This document shows, piece after piece, positions 1 through 10,480 of a stretch of 64,000 nucleotides of DNA. The translations under genes and the position numbers were made by a program. The number at the start of each line of letters is the position of its first letter. Position 1 is the stretch's first letter. Under the pieces are notes generated by a model. That model was not told the DNA's origin and did not search any database. It worked only from the letters and a program-made list of their open reading frames with translations. Source of the DNA: an uncultured Chloroflexia bacterium (GTDB lineage: Bacteria > Chloroflexota > Dehalococcoidia > UBA2979); the NCBI GenBank assembly GCA_963728205.1, contig CAVSIV010000001.1:160001-224000 (forward strand). Reading direction: 5' to 3'.

Positions 1-2
1 AC

Positions 3-617
3 GGCCTCGCTCGCGCGCTCGACCTGGACCTCGACCGGCCGTTCGGGCAGTACTCCCGCGGCAACAAGCAGAAGGTCGGGCTGCTGCAGGCGTTCATGCA
101 GCGGCCGCGGCTGCTGATCCTCGACGAGCCGACGGGCGGCCTCGATCCGCTCAACCAGGAGGCGGTGCTCGACCTTGTGCGGTCGGCGCACCGCGGTGGG
201 GCGACCGTGTTCTTCTCGTCGCACGTGCTGAGCGAGGTCGAGACGGTGTGCCAGCGCGTCGGCTTCATCCGCGACGGCGAGCTCATCCGCAGCGGTCCCG
301 TGCGCGACCTGCTCGCGGTGAAGGGCCACAGCGTGGAGGCGGAGTGCGAACGCGCGCCGGACCCGGCGGCGCTGGCCGCGCTCGACGGCGTGAGCGGCGT
401 CGCGGTCGAGGACCACGTGGCGACGTGCTTCGTGCGCGGCGAGATGGGGCCGCTGGTGCAGCTGCTCGCCGGCTGGGGGGTGCGCCGGCTGGAGAGCCGG
501 GAGCCCAACCTCACCGAGATCTTCCTCGGGCTCTACGAGGGCGACGGCGCGGACTCGCTGCCGGACGGCGCGGCCGGCGCCGGCGCGGGCGACGCGTCCG
601 CGGCGCGAGGCGGCTGA
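3..617 (+). CDS. ABC transporter ATP-binding protein (5' partial)
   Basis: Frame open from window start: YSRGNKQK signature, LLILDEPTGGLD Walker B/D-loop, FSSH H-loop. Confidence 0.9.
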   Translation, partial: GLARALDLDLDRPFGQYSRGNKQKVGLLQAFMQRPRLLILDEPTGGLDPLNQEAVLDLVRSAHRGGATVFFSSHVLSEVETVCQRVGFIRDGELIRSGPVRDLLAVKGHSVEAECERAPDPAALAALDGVSGVAVEDHVATCFVRGEMGPLVQLLAGWGVRRLESREPNLTEIFLGLYEGDGADSLPDGAAGAGAGDASAARGG

Positions 618-619
618 GC

Positions 620-2279
620 GTGCTGCGCGCGGTCTGGCTGAAGACGCTCCGCGATCAGCGCTGGGCGGTCGTGGGGTGGGGGCTCGGGCTCGCCGTCCTC
701 GCGGTGATCACCGCGGTGGGCTGGGCGCGCGCCTTCCCGACGGTCGCCGACCGGCAGGCGCTGGCGTTCGAGATGACGTCGGGGCTCTCCGGCGTGCAGA
801 TCCTCTACGGGCGCGCGGTGCGCATCGACACGCTGGGCGGCTTCGTGTCGTGGCGTGCGATCGGGTTCAGCACCGTGATGCTCGGGCTGTTCATGGTGAT
901 CGCGGTCACGGGCGCGACGCGCGGCGCGGAGGTGTCCGGCCGGCTCGAGATGGTGGCGGCGCGCGTGTCGTCGCGGCTGCGGCTGCTGCTGGAGACGGTG
1001 GGCGGGATCGCGATCGCGCTGGTCGCGTCGTGTGCGCTGCTGGGGCTCGGCCTGGCTGTGGCGGGGCCGATCGCCGGCGAGCCCGCGATCCCGGCGGTCG
1101 ACGCGCTGCTGACCGCGGTGAACGCCGGCCTGATCGCCGCGCTCTTCGGCGCGCTGGCGCTGCTCGCCGCGCAGCTCGCGCCGTCGCGCCGGACGGCCGG
1201 CATGTGGGCGGGCGTCGCGCTGATCGGCAGCTACGTCTGGCACAACCTCGCGATCGTTGCGCCGGCGCTGTCGGGCTGGCGCTGGCTGTCGCCGTTCGCG
1301 CTCGCCGCGCGCACCACGCCCGCCGCCGACGGCGCCACCGACCCGCTCGCGATGCTCGGGCTCGCCGCGCTGGCGCTCGCGTTCGGCGGCGCCGGCGTCG
1401 TGCTCGCGACGCGGCGCGACCTCTTCGACGTCTGGCGGCCGTCGCGCGCCGAGACGCGTGCGCTGGCCGCCGATCCGGCCGGGCCGCGCCGCGCCGGCCC
1501 GCCGCCGCGCGCGCTGGCTGCTCCGCAACCCCTTCGCCAACGGCGTCCGCGCGACCCTCGGCACGACCATCGCGTGGGGCGCCGGCCTCGCCATCTACTG
1601 CGGCCTGATGGCCGCCGTCACGCCGGGCATGCGCGACGCGCTCACGCGCACCGGGATGTCGGGCCAGCTCCTGCAGATGCTCGAGCGCGCCGGCATGACG
1701 TCGAACCAGGGCATGCTCGGCATCTTCGTCTTCAGCTTCCTGCCGCTCGTGACGGCGCTGTTCGCGCTGATGCTGGCGTCGGCGTGGTCCGGCGAGCCGC
1801 GCAACGGCGGGCTCGACCTCGACCTCGCGGCGCCGGTGTCGCGCACGGCGTACGCGACGCAGCGGCTGCTCGCCGCGATCGCGGCGCTCGTCGCCGCGAT
1901 CGCGATCGCACTCGCCGGCCTGCTCGCGGTGGGCGTGCCGGTCGACGCGGGCGTCGACTGGGCACGCGTCGCGCTGGCGATGGTCGTGCTCGCGCCGCTG
2001 CCGGTCGCGGTGCTGGGGTTCGGCTACGCGCTCGCCGCGTGGTCGCGCTGGCCGGTCGCCGGCGTCGGCGGCGCGGTCGTCGTCGCGTCCTTCTTCCTCG
2101 ACCTGCTCGTCCCGCTGCTCGGCCTGCCCGACTGGGTGCGCGACGCGTCGGTGTTCCACCTCTACGGCGCGCCGCTGCTGCAGGGCTTCGCGTGGGGCAA
2201 CCTCGCCGCGCTCGCCGCGCTCGCGGCGGCGATGTGCGTGCTCGGCGTGGCGGGGTTTGCGCGCGAGGATCTGACCTAA
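620..2279 (+). CDS. ABC-2 type permease, two-domain; one frameshift near 1490-1515
   Basis: Hydrophobic N-half (VWLKTLRDQRWAVVGW) in the 248 frame, C-half (WLLRNPF...FAREDLT) in the 1257 frame; follows the ATPase. Confidence 0.8.
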
Positions 2280-2430
2280 GCGGCGGCAGACACGCCGCCG
2301 ACACCGTGCGCGCCCGACAGGCGCGCGTCGCACGCGGGCGCACGCCCGCGCCAGGGTCGGCGGCATATCTGCCGCCGCTGTGGCCGGCCGGTGCGGCTGC
2401 ACACGCCGGGCCTGAAGCCCGCCGCGCGCC
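2278..2430. repeat. REP-like family A inverted pair (2278-2302, 2356-2379) plus family B unit (about 2402-2430)
   Basis: AAGCGGCGGCAGACACGCCGCCGAC and its reverse complement; CCTGAAGCCCGCCGCGCGCC; between convergent genes. Confidence 0.85.
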
Positions 2431-2433
2431 GGC

Positions 2434-4431
2434 CTACTCCCCCGGGATCGCCTCCGCCTCGGTCACCCACGCGGCCACCGACCCGTCCGACGGCATCCGC
2501 CAGTCGCCCCGCGGCGACAGCGCGCCGCCGGAGCCGACCTTCGGCGAGTCCGGCACCGCGTCGCGCTTGAACTGGTTCGCGAAGAACCGCTGCAGGAACA
2601 CGATCAGCCACTGCCGGATCTCGCCGATCGTGTAACGGTCGCCGAACGCGTGCAGCGCCATGCGCGCGATGCGCCGCGGCCCGAAGCCGAAGCGCGAGAA
2701 GTGGTACAGGAAGAAGTCGTGCAGCTCGTAGGGGCCGATCAGCTCCTCCGACAGCTGCGCCACCTCGCCCTCCGCGGACGGTCGCGTCAGCTCGGGGCTG
2801 ATCGGCGTGTCGAGCACCCGCTCGAGCACCTCGCGCACCGCCGGCTCGTCGCCGTAGACGGTGTCGGCCGACCAGCGGATGAGCCGCGAGATCAGCGTCT
2901 TCGGGACGCCGGCGTTGATCGCGTAGTGCGACATGTGGTCGGCGCCGTAGGTCGACCAGCCCAGCGCGATCTCGGAGAGGTCGCCCGTGCCAAGGTCGAT
3001 GCCGCCGACCTGCGACGCCGTCGCGAACAGCATGAACTTGCGGCTCCACGCCTGGACGTTCTCGAAGGTCGTGTCCTCGACCGCGGGGTCGTGGCCGACG
3101 GCCTCGTAGATGAGGCTCGACGCCGGCCGCACGTCGATCTCGCGCGCGGTCGCGCCGAACGCGGCAATGAGGTCGCGTGCGATGGCGGCGGTGCGGTCGG
3201 TCGTGCCGAAGCCGGGCATCGAGATGCCGACGAGGTGCGTGCGCGGCAGCCCGGCCAGCTCGAGCGCGCGGATCGCGACGATGAGCGCCAGCGTGGAGTC
3301 GCGCCCGCCCGAGACGCCGAGCACGATGCGGCGCGCGCCCTCGGGCAGCGCGAGCACGCGACGGGCGAGCGAGGTCGCGAGGATCGAGAAGACCTCGTGG
3401 CAGCGCTCGTCGAGCTGCGCGGTGTCGGGCGGGACGTACGGGTGCGGCTCGATGTAACGCTCGAAGCGGCGGTAGGCGTCGACCGGCCGCGCCTCCTCGA
3501 TCTCCGACAGCATCACCGCGCGCATCGGCCGGCGGTGGTCGGCCGCGTTCTGTCCCCACGACGTCTGCCGCGCGCGGTCGGTGACGAGCGCGTCGAGGTC
3601 GACGTCGGCGACGGCGAGCGTGCCGCCCATGACGAAGCGCTCGGTCTCGGCGGCGATGTCGCCGCGGTCGGCGATCAGCCCGTGGCCGTCCCACGCGAGG
3701 TCGCTGGTCGACTCCCCGAAGCCGGCCGCGCCGTAGACCTGCACCGCGAGGTTCTTCGCCGCGGAGGAGCGCACGAGCTCGCGCCGGTACTCGAACTTCG
3801 CGACCGTGACGTTCGACGCGGAGAGGTTGCCGAGCACGGTGGCGCCGGCGAGCGCCGCGATGGTGCCGGGCGGGACGGGGACCCAGAGGTCCTCGCAGAT
3901 GTCGGTGTGCAGGAGGAAGCCGCGCCACTCGTTCACGCCGACGAGGACGTCGCTGCCGAAGGGGACGCTCGCGCCGATCAGCTCGATGCGGTCGACCGCC
4001 GCACCGGCGGCGGGGCGGAACCAGCGCAGCTCGTAGAACTCCCGGTAGTTGGGCGGGTAGCTCTTCGGCACGACGGCGACCGCGCGGCCGCCGTAGAGCG
4101 TGACCGCGCAGTTGTAGAGCCCGCCGTCGACGACGAGCGGCGCGCCGACGCTGACGATCATGTTCCAGTCGGCCGTGGCGGCTGCCACGCGCTCGACGGC
4201 GTCGACCGCGCCGCGCAGCAGCACCTCCTGGAAGAAGAGGTCGCCGGCGGTGTAGCCGGTGAGGCCGAGCTCGGGGCAGAGGGCGTAGTGGGCGCCGGCG
4301 TCGTACGCCTGCTGGAGGCTGCGCAGGTGCGCCTCGGCGTTGAACGCCGGGTCGCCGACACGCACCTCCGGCACGCAGACGGCGACGCGACGGTAGCCGT
4401 GCGCGCGCACGTCGAGGAATGCGTCATCCAT
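2434..4431 (-). CDS. nadE: Glutamine-dependent NAD+ synthetase
   Basis: Nitrilase domain (PELGLTGY, PKSYPPNYREFYE, ICEDLW) plus synthetase domain (GVSGGRDST, GTGDLSE, PISPEL). Confidence 0.95.
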   Translation of the reverse strand: MDDAFLDVRAHGYRRVAVCVPEVRVGDPAFNAEAHLRSLQQAYDAGAHYALCPELGLTGYTAGDLFFQEVLLRGAVDAVERVAAATADWNMIVSVGAPLVVDGGLYNCAVTLYGGRAVAVVPKSYPPNYREFYELRWFRPAAGAAVDRIELIGASVPFGSDVLVGVNEWRGFLLHTDICEDLWVPVPPGTIAALAGATVLGNLSASNVTVAKFEYRRELVRSSAAKNLAVQVYGAAGFGESTSDLAWDGHGLIADRGDIAAETERFVMGGTLAVADVDLDALVTDRARQTSWGQNAADHRRPMRAVMLSEIEEARPVDAYRRFERYIEPHPYVPPDTAQLDERCHEVFSILATSLARRVLALPEGARRIVLGVSGGRDSTLALIVAIRALELAGLPRTHLVGISMPGFGTTDRTAAIARDLIAAFGATAREIDVRPASSLIYEAVGHDPAVEDTTFENVQAWSRKFMLFATASQVGGIDLGTGDLSEIALGWSTYGADHMSHYAINAGVPKTLISRLIRWSADTVYGDEPAVREVLERVLDTPISPELTRPSAEGEVAQLSEELIGPYELHDFFLYHFSRFGFGPRRIARMALHAFGDRYTIGEIRQWLIVFLQRFFANQFKRDAVPDSPKVGSGGALSPRGDWRMPSDGSVAAWVTEAEAIPGE

Positions 4432-4467
4432 ACGCAAAGTATTGCATGATCACGGAGCGGGCGACGG

Positions 4468-4640
4468 TTCGAGCCCGGAGCGGGAGCGACGGGATCGCTC
4501 CACGCGACTGTCCGGTCCGAGGCGACGCCGGGGAGGGATCCCGTCGCTACCGCTCCGGGCTCGAAGCCGGCCGTCGTGGGCGTGCGGCGATCCCGTCGCT
4601 ACCGCTCCGGGCTCGAAGCCGGCCGTCGTGGGCGTGCGGC
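4468..4640. repeat. REP-like family C: inverted copy plus 52-bp tandem duplication
   Basis: GATCCCGTCGCTACCGCTCCGGGCTCGAA at 4537 and 4589; near-perfect reverse complement at 4468-4496. Confidence 0.85.
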
Positions 4641-5956
4641 GAGCCACGCATCCACGATGCCGCCGAGCGTCGGCTCGCCGGCGTCGGCGTACTCGTAGCG
4701 CGCCCGCACCACCGGCTTCGCTACGCGGATCAGCGCGCGAGGTCGATCGGGGTGCCGGAGACCACCACGTCGGCCGGCGTGGCGTCGATGCTGCGGCGCA
4801 GCGCCTCGAGCTGGGCGTCGTCGCCGTAGCCGAGCGCGGGCAGCACGCGCGTGACGTGCGGGAACCGCTCCAGCGCGGCGGCGATCGACGGCGCGGCATA
4901 CGGGCGCGGGTCGACGATCTCGGCCGCCCCGGCGTCGACCGCCGCGACGTACCCGGCGCCGTACGCCATGCCGCCGTGCGTCAGCGTCGGCCCGTCGTCG
5001 ACGACCAGCACGCGCTTGCCGCGCACGGCCGCCGGATCGGCCAGGCGAATCGGCGACGCCGCGCGCACGATCTGCGCGCGCGGGTTGAGGCGGCGCGCCT
5101 CCGCCTCGGCCTGCGCGACCTGCTCCGAGGACGCGGCGTTCACCTTCGCCACGATCACGACGTCGGCCATCCGCAGCGTGGCCTCGCCGGGGTGGTAGCG
5201 GGCGGCGTCCAGCGGGCGCAGCGCGTCGGTCAGCACCAGGTGCAGGTCGGGGCGGATGAACGGGAAGTCGTTGTTGCCGCCGTCCCACACGATGATGTCG
5301 GCGTTGCGCTCGGCGAGCCCGAGGACGCGCGCGTAGTCGACGCCGGCGAAGACGGCGTGGCCCGCTGCGATGTGCGGCTCGTACTCCTCGCGCTCCTCGA
5401 CCGTGCAGTCGGCGGCGTCGAGGTCCGCGCGCGAGCGGAACGCCTGCGCGCGCTGCTGCTCGAGGTCACCGTACGGCATCGGGTGGCGGATGACGGCGGC
5501 GCGCACGCCCTGCAGCGCGAGGTGCGCGGTGAGCCAGCGCGCGGTCTGCGACTTGCCGCAGCCGGTGCGCGTCGCGCAGATCGCGATCACGGGGAGCGCG
5601 GCGCGCAGCTGGGTCCGCTCCGGGCCGAGCAGCGTGAAGTCCGCGCCGGCGGCGAGCGCGCGCGACGCCGCGTGCATCACGTCTTCGTGGCGCGTGTCGC
5701 TGTACGCGAAGACCACCTCGTCGACGCGCTCGCGCGCGCAGATCCGCTCGAGGTCGGCCTCGGGCTCGATGGCGATGCCGTCGGGGTAGCGGGGGCCGGC
5801 GATGCCGACGGGGTAGCGGCGCCCGGCGATGCCCGGGATCTGCGCGGCGGTGAACGCGACGACATGGACCGACGGGTCGTCGCGATAGACGACGTTGAAG
5901 TTGTGAAAGTCGCGGCCGGCGGCGCCCATGATCACGACGCGGCGAGGTTCGGCCAT
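4599..5956 (-). CDS. Cyclic 2,3-diphosphoglycerate synthase-like / arginine synthetase (ArcE)-like P-loop protein; frameshift near 4733
   Basis: MGAAGRDFHNFN, TRTGCGKSQT, RHPMPYG, WDGGNND motifs; conserved-looking C-terminus (LIRVAKPVVRARYE) continues in another frame after the TGA at 4730. Confidence 0.75.
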
Positions 5957-6088
5957 GGGGTCCTCCGTGTCCGGGAGAGGCGGGCACAGCGGCATGCACC
6001 CGCCCCTCGCGTCCACCGTGGCACCGCGTGCCGCGCGGGACGACGGCGAAACAGCCCGGGACGAGAGGGACCTTGGGTCTGGACTGCG

Positions 6089-6257
6089 GGCGCGGGGCGG
6101 GCTTCATGCCCGGGCGCCCCAAAGCGGCGGCAGACATGCCGCCGACAGGACGCGGACGCAGTCCGCGGCTGGCGCCGCACTTCTGTCGGCGGCATCTCTG
6201 CCGCCGCTTTGGGCCTGCAGCCCTTCGACAGGCTCAGGACCGGCTCTGCCGCGCGCC
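6089..6257. repeat. Mosaic palindromic element: family A full unit (6118-6213) nested between family B remnants, plus CCCTTCGACAGGCTCAGG REP-like motif (6221-6238)
   Basis: About 31-bp inverted arms around a 34-nt spacer shared with copies at 10.1, 16.0 and 40.0 kb. Confidence 0.85.
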
Positions 6258-6313
6258 GGAGGCGCGGTGCTACGCTGCCGCACGCCATCACGCACGTATC
6301 CCGGGGGGACGCC

Positions 6314-7621
6314 ATGGGACGCTGGGAGGACGCCTACCGCGCGAAGCTGCGCACCGCCGACGAGGCCGCGGCCGGCATTCCCGACGGCTCGCTCGTCGTG
6401 CAGGGCATGGGGGTCAGCGAGCCGCCGGCGATGCTCGAAGCCGTCGCCAACCGGGCCCGTGCCGGCGGGCTGTCGAGCCTCCGCATGACCACGCTGCTGC
6501 CGATGGCGGCCAGCGCCCGCACGATCTTCCAGCCCGACGTCCGCGACGTGATCCACTGGGAGTCGCTCTTCGCCAGCGGCGCGGACCGCGCGCTGCTCAA
6601 GGACGGCGCCGCCGTCTACAACCCCGCCTTCTTCCACCAGATCCCGCGCCTGATCACCGAGTTCATGCCGGTCAACGTCGCGCTCGTCACCGTCTCGCCG
6701 ATGGACCGCCACGGCTACATGAGCCTGGGCACCGACGTCGACATCTCGAAGGCCGCCATCGCGAAGGCGGACTACGTCGTCGCCGAGGTGAATCCGCGCA
6801 TGCCGCGCGTGCACGGCAACTCCTGGGTGCACATCGACGAGGTGAGCGCCGTCGTCGAGCACGAGGCGCCGCTGAACGAGCTCCCCACGCCGCCCGACCG
6901 CGAGGAGGACACGGCGATGGGCAAGCTCATCGCCAACATGATCCCGGACGGCGCGACCCTCCAGCTCGGCATCGGCGGCGTGCCGAACGCCGTCGCGAAG
7001 AACCTGATGGGCCATAAGAACCTCGGCATCCACACCGAGATGTTCGTGGAGTCGATGGTCGACCTCATCGAGTCGGGCGTGGCGAACGGCTCGCAGAAGA
7101 CGTTCCATCCCGGCAAGGCCGTGTGGTCGTTCGCGGCCGGCACGCAGCGCATGTACGAGTTCCTCGACGACAACCCGTACATCGAGGCGCACCCGGTGTC
7201 GTACACGAACTTCCCGCCGAACATCGCGCGCAACGACAACATGGTCTCGGTGAACTCGACGATCGAGATTGACCTCACGGGCCAGTGCTGCTCGGAGTCG
7301 ATGGGCACGGCGCAGTTCAGCGGCACGGGCGGCCAGCACGACTACGCGCGCGGCGCGTTCGACTCGCGCGGGGGCAAGTCGATCATCGCGTTCTACTCGA
7401 CGGCGAAGTCGGGGACGGTGTCGCGCGTGGTGTCCACGCTCACGCCCGGTGCGGTGGTGACGACGCCGCGCACGGAGGTGCACTGGGTCGTCTCCGAGTA
7501 CGGCGCCGCATGTCTCAAGGGGAAGTCGACGGCGGAGCGGGCGCAGGCGCTAATCGGCCTCGCGCACCCGCGGTTCCGTGACCAGTTGACCGCGGAGGCG
7601 AAGCAGCTGGGCTACTGCTAA
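6314..7621 (+). CDS. Acetyl-CoA hydrolase/transferase family (4-hydroxybutyrate CoA-transferase-like)
   Basis: SPMDRHGYMSLG, LQLGIGGVPNAV, GIHTEM, SGTGGQHDYARGA motifs. Confidence 0.92.
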   Translation: MGRWEDAYRAKLRTADEAAAGIPDGSLVVQGMGVSEPPAMLEAVANRARAGGLSSLRMTTLLPMAASARTIFQPDVRDVIHWESLFASGADRALLKDGAAVYNPAFFHQIPRLITEFMPVNVALVTVSPMDRHGYMSLGTDVDISKAAIAKADYVVAEVNPRMPRVHGNSWVHIDEVSAVVEHEAPLNELPTPPDREEDTAMGKLIANMIPDGATLQLGIGGVPNAVAKNLMGHKNLGIHTEMFVESMVDLIESGVANGSQKTFHPGKAVWSFAAGTQRMYEFLDDNPYIEAHPVSYTNFPPNIARNDNMVSVNSTIEIDLTGQCCSESMGTAQFSGTGGQHDYARGAFDSRGGKSIIAFYSTAKSGTVSRVVSTLTPGAVVTTPRTEVHWVVSEYGAACLKGKSTAERAQALIGLAHPRFRDQLTAEAKQLGYC

Positions 7622-7640
7622 CAGCCGTGTCGCCTCCGGC

Positions 7641-7763
7641 AAGCGGCGGCAAATACGCCGCCGATGCCGGCGCGGCCAGAAGGCCGCGATCTGTCGGCGG
7701 CATGTCTGCCGCCGCTTTGGGCGGGCCGGCCGCGCACGGCAGCCCCGAAGCCTGCCGCGCGCC
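7641..7763. repeat. Family A inverted pair (7641-7665, 7691-7720) plus family B unit (7735-7763)
   Basis: Same motifs as at 2278; between convergent stop codons. Confidence 0.85.
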
Positions 7764-8188
7764 TACCGGGCGGCGACGAACTCCTCGATCCGCTGCCGGA
7801 TTGCCTCGCGCACGCGGCGGAACGCCGCGAGACGTTCCTCCTCGTTGCCGCTCGCGGCGGCGGGGTCGGCGAAGCTCCAGTGCAGTTGCTCACGGCCGCC
7901 GGGGAAGAGCGGGCAGGCCTCGCGCGCCTGGTCGCAGACCGTGATCACGTAGTCCCACGGCTCGTCGAGGAAGCGGTCGAGGTGCTTCGAATCCGCGCCC
8001 GTGGCGTCGATGCCGACCTCGCGCAGCGCGGCGACGGTCAGCGGGTTGAGGCCGGCCGGCGCGGTGCCGGCCGAGCGCACCTCGAACGCGTCGTCGCCGA
8101 CGGCCCGGAGCAGCGCCTCGGCCATCTGCGACCGCGCCGAGTTGCCCGTGCAGAGAAAGAGGACGCGCGTCTTTGTGAGTGCCGGCAT
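7763..8188 (-). CDS. arsC: Arsenate reductase, LMW-PTPase fold
   Basis: FLCTGNSARSQMAE, VITVCDQAREACP, HWSFADP; ars context. Confidence 0.9.
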   Translation of the reverse strand: MPALTKTRVLFLCTGNSARSQMAEALLRAVGDDAFEVRSAGTAPAGLNPLTVAALREVGIDATGADSKHLDRFLDEPWDYVITVCDQAREACPLFPGGREQLHWSFADPAAASGNEEERLAAFRRVREAIRQRIEEFVAAR

Positions 8189-8197
8189 CGCGGCCCC

Positions 8198-9004
8198 TCA
8201 GGCTTCCGCGAGCGCGGTGCGCTCGTCGGCGGCAGTGAGCGTGGCGGAGCGCTCGGTGTCGAGCCCGCGGGCGCCGGCGATCAGGAGGTAGACGAGCCCG
8301 CCGACGAGCGCGCCGGCGATCGGGCCGACCCAGTACACCCAGTGGTCGGTCCACGTGCCGGAGAGGAGCGCCGGGCCGAATGACCGCGCCGGGTTCATCG
8401 ACGCGCCGGCGATGGGGCCGGAGAACGTCGCGGCGAGGGCGACGTAGCCACCGATGGCGATGGCGGCGGTCCCGGGCACCGCCCGCCGGTCGGTCGCCAG
8501 CGCCGCGATCACGAGCATGAGAAACGCCGTGATGATGCACTCGAGGCCGAGCGCCTCGCCCGCTCCGCCGCTCGGGATCGTCGCGCCGAGGTCCGCGACG
8601 TTGCCGAACAGCAGCCGGTGCGTGCCGCTCGCGCCGGCGGCGCCGACCAGCTGCGCGACGACGTAGCCGGGCACCCGCGCGCCGGGGAACTCGCCGGTCA
8701 GCCAGAACGCGATCGTGACGGCGGGGTTGATGTGCGCGCCCGAGATGTGGCCGAGCGCGTAGATGGCGGCCATCACCGCGAGCCCGAAGCTGAGCCCGAT
8801 GCCGAGCGTGCCGACGCCGCCCCCCGAGACGTGGTCGATCACCACCGCGCCCGGACCGGCGAAGACGAGCAGGAACGTGCCGAGCGCCTCGGCGACGTAC
8901 GCGGCGTACGGGTCGCCGAGCCGCGCGCGCGTCGCGAGCGGCGCCCTTCGCGCGGAGGGTGGCGGCGCCGCGGGGGGTGCGGTCTGCGCGGGCGCGGCAG
9001 GCAT
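8198..9004 (-). CDS. MIP-family aquaglyceroporin (probable arsenite channel)
   Basis: SGAHINPAVT and GASMNPARSFGP NPA motifs; between ars genes. Confidence 0.92.
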   Translation of the reverse strand: MPAAPAQTAPPAAPPPSARRAPLATRARLGDPYAAYVAEALGTFLLVFAGPGAVVIDHVSGGGVGTLGIGLSFGLAVMAAIYALGHISGAHINPAVTIAFWLTGEFPGARVPGYVVAQLVGAAGASGTHRLLFGNVADLGATIPSGGAGEALGLECIITAFLMLVIAALATDRRAVPGTAAIAIGGYVALAATFSGPIAGASMNPARSFGPALLSGTWTDHWVYWVGPIAGALVGGLVYLLIAGARGLDTERSATLTAADERTALAEA

Positions 9005-9040
9005 CGCGGCGTCTCCAGTTCGTCGCGCGGGGGCGCGTAG

Positions 9041-9277
9041 TCAGGACATGCGGTCGGCGGCGGCGCGCAGCCGGTCGCGTGCGAGACGCCGCGCGAAGAT
9101 CGGGACGTACTCCGTGTGCGGCGCGTCGCGGAAGACGTCGGCCGCCTCCTGGACGGCGCGGTAGACCGCCTCGCGGTCGAAGGTGTCGGAGAACTCCTCG
9201 GCGAGGCGCTCGGCCTCGTGGAGGATGCGGCGCGCCGGCCAGTCGGCGCGATGGACGGTCGTGCGCTCGGTGGTCAT
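9041..9277 (-). CDS. Small helical protein resembling the three-helix N-terminal domain of actinobacterial ArsC
   Basis: 78 aa, LAEEF...YVPIFARRLARDRL pattern; ATGA overlap with upstream gene. Confidence 0.7.
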   Translation of the reverse strand: MTTERTTVHRADWPARRILHEAERLAEEFSDTFDREAVYRAVQEAADVFRDAPHTEYVPIFARRLARDRLRAAADRMS

Positions 9278-10035
9278 GCGCCGGCACTCGAGGCGCGCCG
9301 GGGTGCGCGGCGTGACCGTTCGGCGCCGCTCACCACGGGCGCGAGCGCGGCGACGCGGCGACGCAGCGCCTGGTACGCCCGCTCGAAGGCGGCGGCGGTG
9401 CCGGCGCGGACGGGGTCCTCGATCGACCAGTGCAGCGTCGTAGGCCCGCCGGCGGCGACGTCCGCGCCCGCGGCCGGGTGCACCGCGAACTGCTCGTGCG
9501 CGCGGTCGCAGACGGTGACGACGAGGTCGGGTGCGCGACGCACGGCGTCGAGCGCGCGCGGGCGCGCGGCGGCGAGGTCGAGCCCGTGGCGCGCCGCCGT
9601 CGCGACGGTGCGCGGGTGGACGCGGTCGGCCGGGTGCGTGCCGGCGCTCTCGGCCGGCGTCGAGGAGGCGGCGTTCCACAGTGCGGCGGCCAGCTGCGAA
9701 CGCGCGGAGTTCGCGGTGCACACGAAGAGCACCGAGCGCGCGGCCAGGGTCGCGGCCGGCGTCTCAATCGCGTCGAGCGTCTCGGCGCGCAGCCGCAGGT
9801 AGCGGCGCCGCCGGTCGCCCGCCGACACCACGCGCTCGACGAGGCCGACGCGCTCGAGCACCTCGAGGTGGTGCGCGAGCAGGTTCGACTCGATGCCGAG
9901 CGCGCGCGCCAGGTCGGACGGCGAGCGGTCGGAGAGCGCGAGGGCATCGACGACGGCGAGGCGGTGCGGATCGCCCAGCGCGGCGTGGACGGCGGCGCGG
10001 CGGTCGCGGTCTGCGGAGACGGTGGTGTCGTTCAT
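9274..10035 (-). CDS. ArsR-family HTH fused to LMW-PTP/ArsC-like domain
   Basis: HAALGDPHRL, SNLLAHHLEVL HTH; FVCTANSARSQ; HWSIEDP. Confidence 0.88.
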   Translation of the reverse strand: MNDTTVSADRDRRAAVHAALGDPHRLAVVDALALSDRSPSDLARALGIESNLLAHHLEVLERVGLVERVVSAGDRRRRYLRLRAETLDAIETPAATLAARSVLFVCTANSARSQLAAALWNAASSTPAESAGTHPADRVHPRTVATAARHGLDLAAARPRALDAVRRAPDLVVTVCDRAHEQFAVHPAAGADVAAGGPTTLHWSIEDPVRAGTAAAFERAYQALRRRVAALAPVVSGAERSRRAPRRASSAGA

Positions 10036-10050
10036 GCGCGGCAGGATGTC

Positions 10051-10068
10051 ACTCAGTTAAGGATGAGT
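10051..10068. promoter_or_regulatory. Possible ArsR operator
   Basis: ACTCA-N8-TGAGT inverted repeat in an AT-rich patch just upstream of the arsR start. Confidence 0.35.
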
Positions 10069-10080
10069 CAATGAACGTTG

Positions 10081-10176
10081 ACCAAAGCGGCGGCAGACAT
10101 GCCGCCGACAGAAGCGCGGCGCCAGCCGCGGACTGCGTCCGCGTCCTGTCGGCGGCATGTCTGCCGCCGCTTTGGT
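10081..10176. repeat. Family A full unit (MITE/REPIN-like), spacer in opposite orientation to the 6118 copy
   Basis: ACCAAAGCGGCGGCAGACATGCCGCCGACAG / perfect reverse complement, 34-nt spacer. Confidence 0.9.
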
Positions 10177-10480
10177 CGGCTGCGCGTCGACGAACGGTCG
10201 CGTTGGGTCGGCGGTCGCGGTGCCGCACGAGCGGGCCGAGCCCGCCGGGCGGGCCGGCGAGGCGGGCCGGCGAGGCGGGCCGAGCCCGCCGGCGCCGGCT
10301 TCAGCCGCCGAGCATCTCGACCCGGCCGCGCCCACCGTCGACGCGCAGCCGGTCGCCCGTGCGGATCAGCAGCGTCGCGTCGCGCACGCCGAACACGGCC
10401 GGCATCCGCGCCTCTCGCGCCGCGTGGGCGACACGTTCGCCCCCTGGCGGGCTCCGGCCGCAGCCGCGCGGCGGCAGGTT

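Noticed and set aside
4730-4732. Second selenocysteine UGA
   Set aside because: The plausible C-terminus continues in a different frame and an in-frame TAG follows two codons later, so a one-base deletion explains it.
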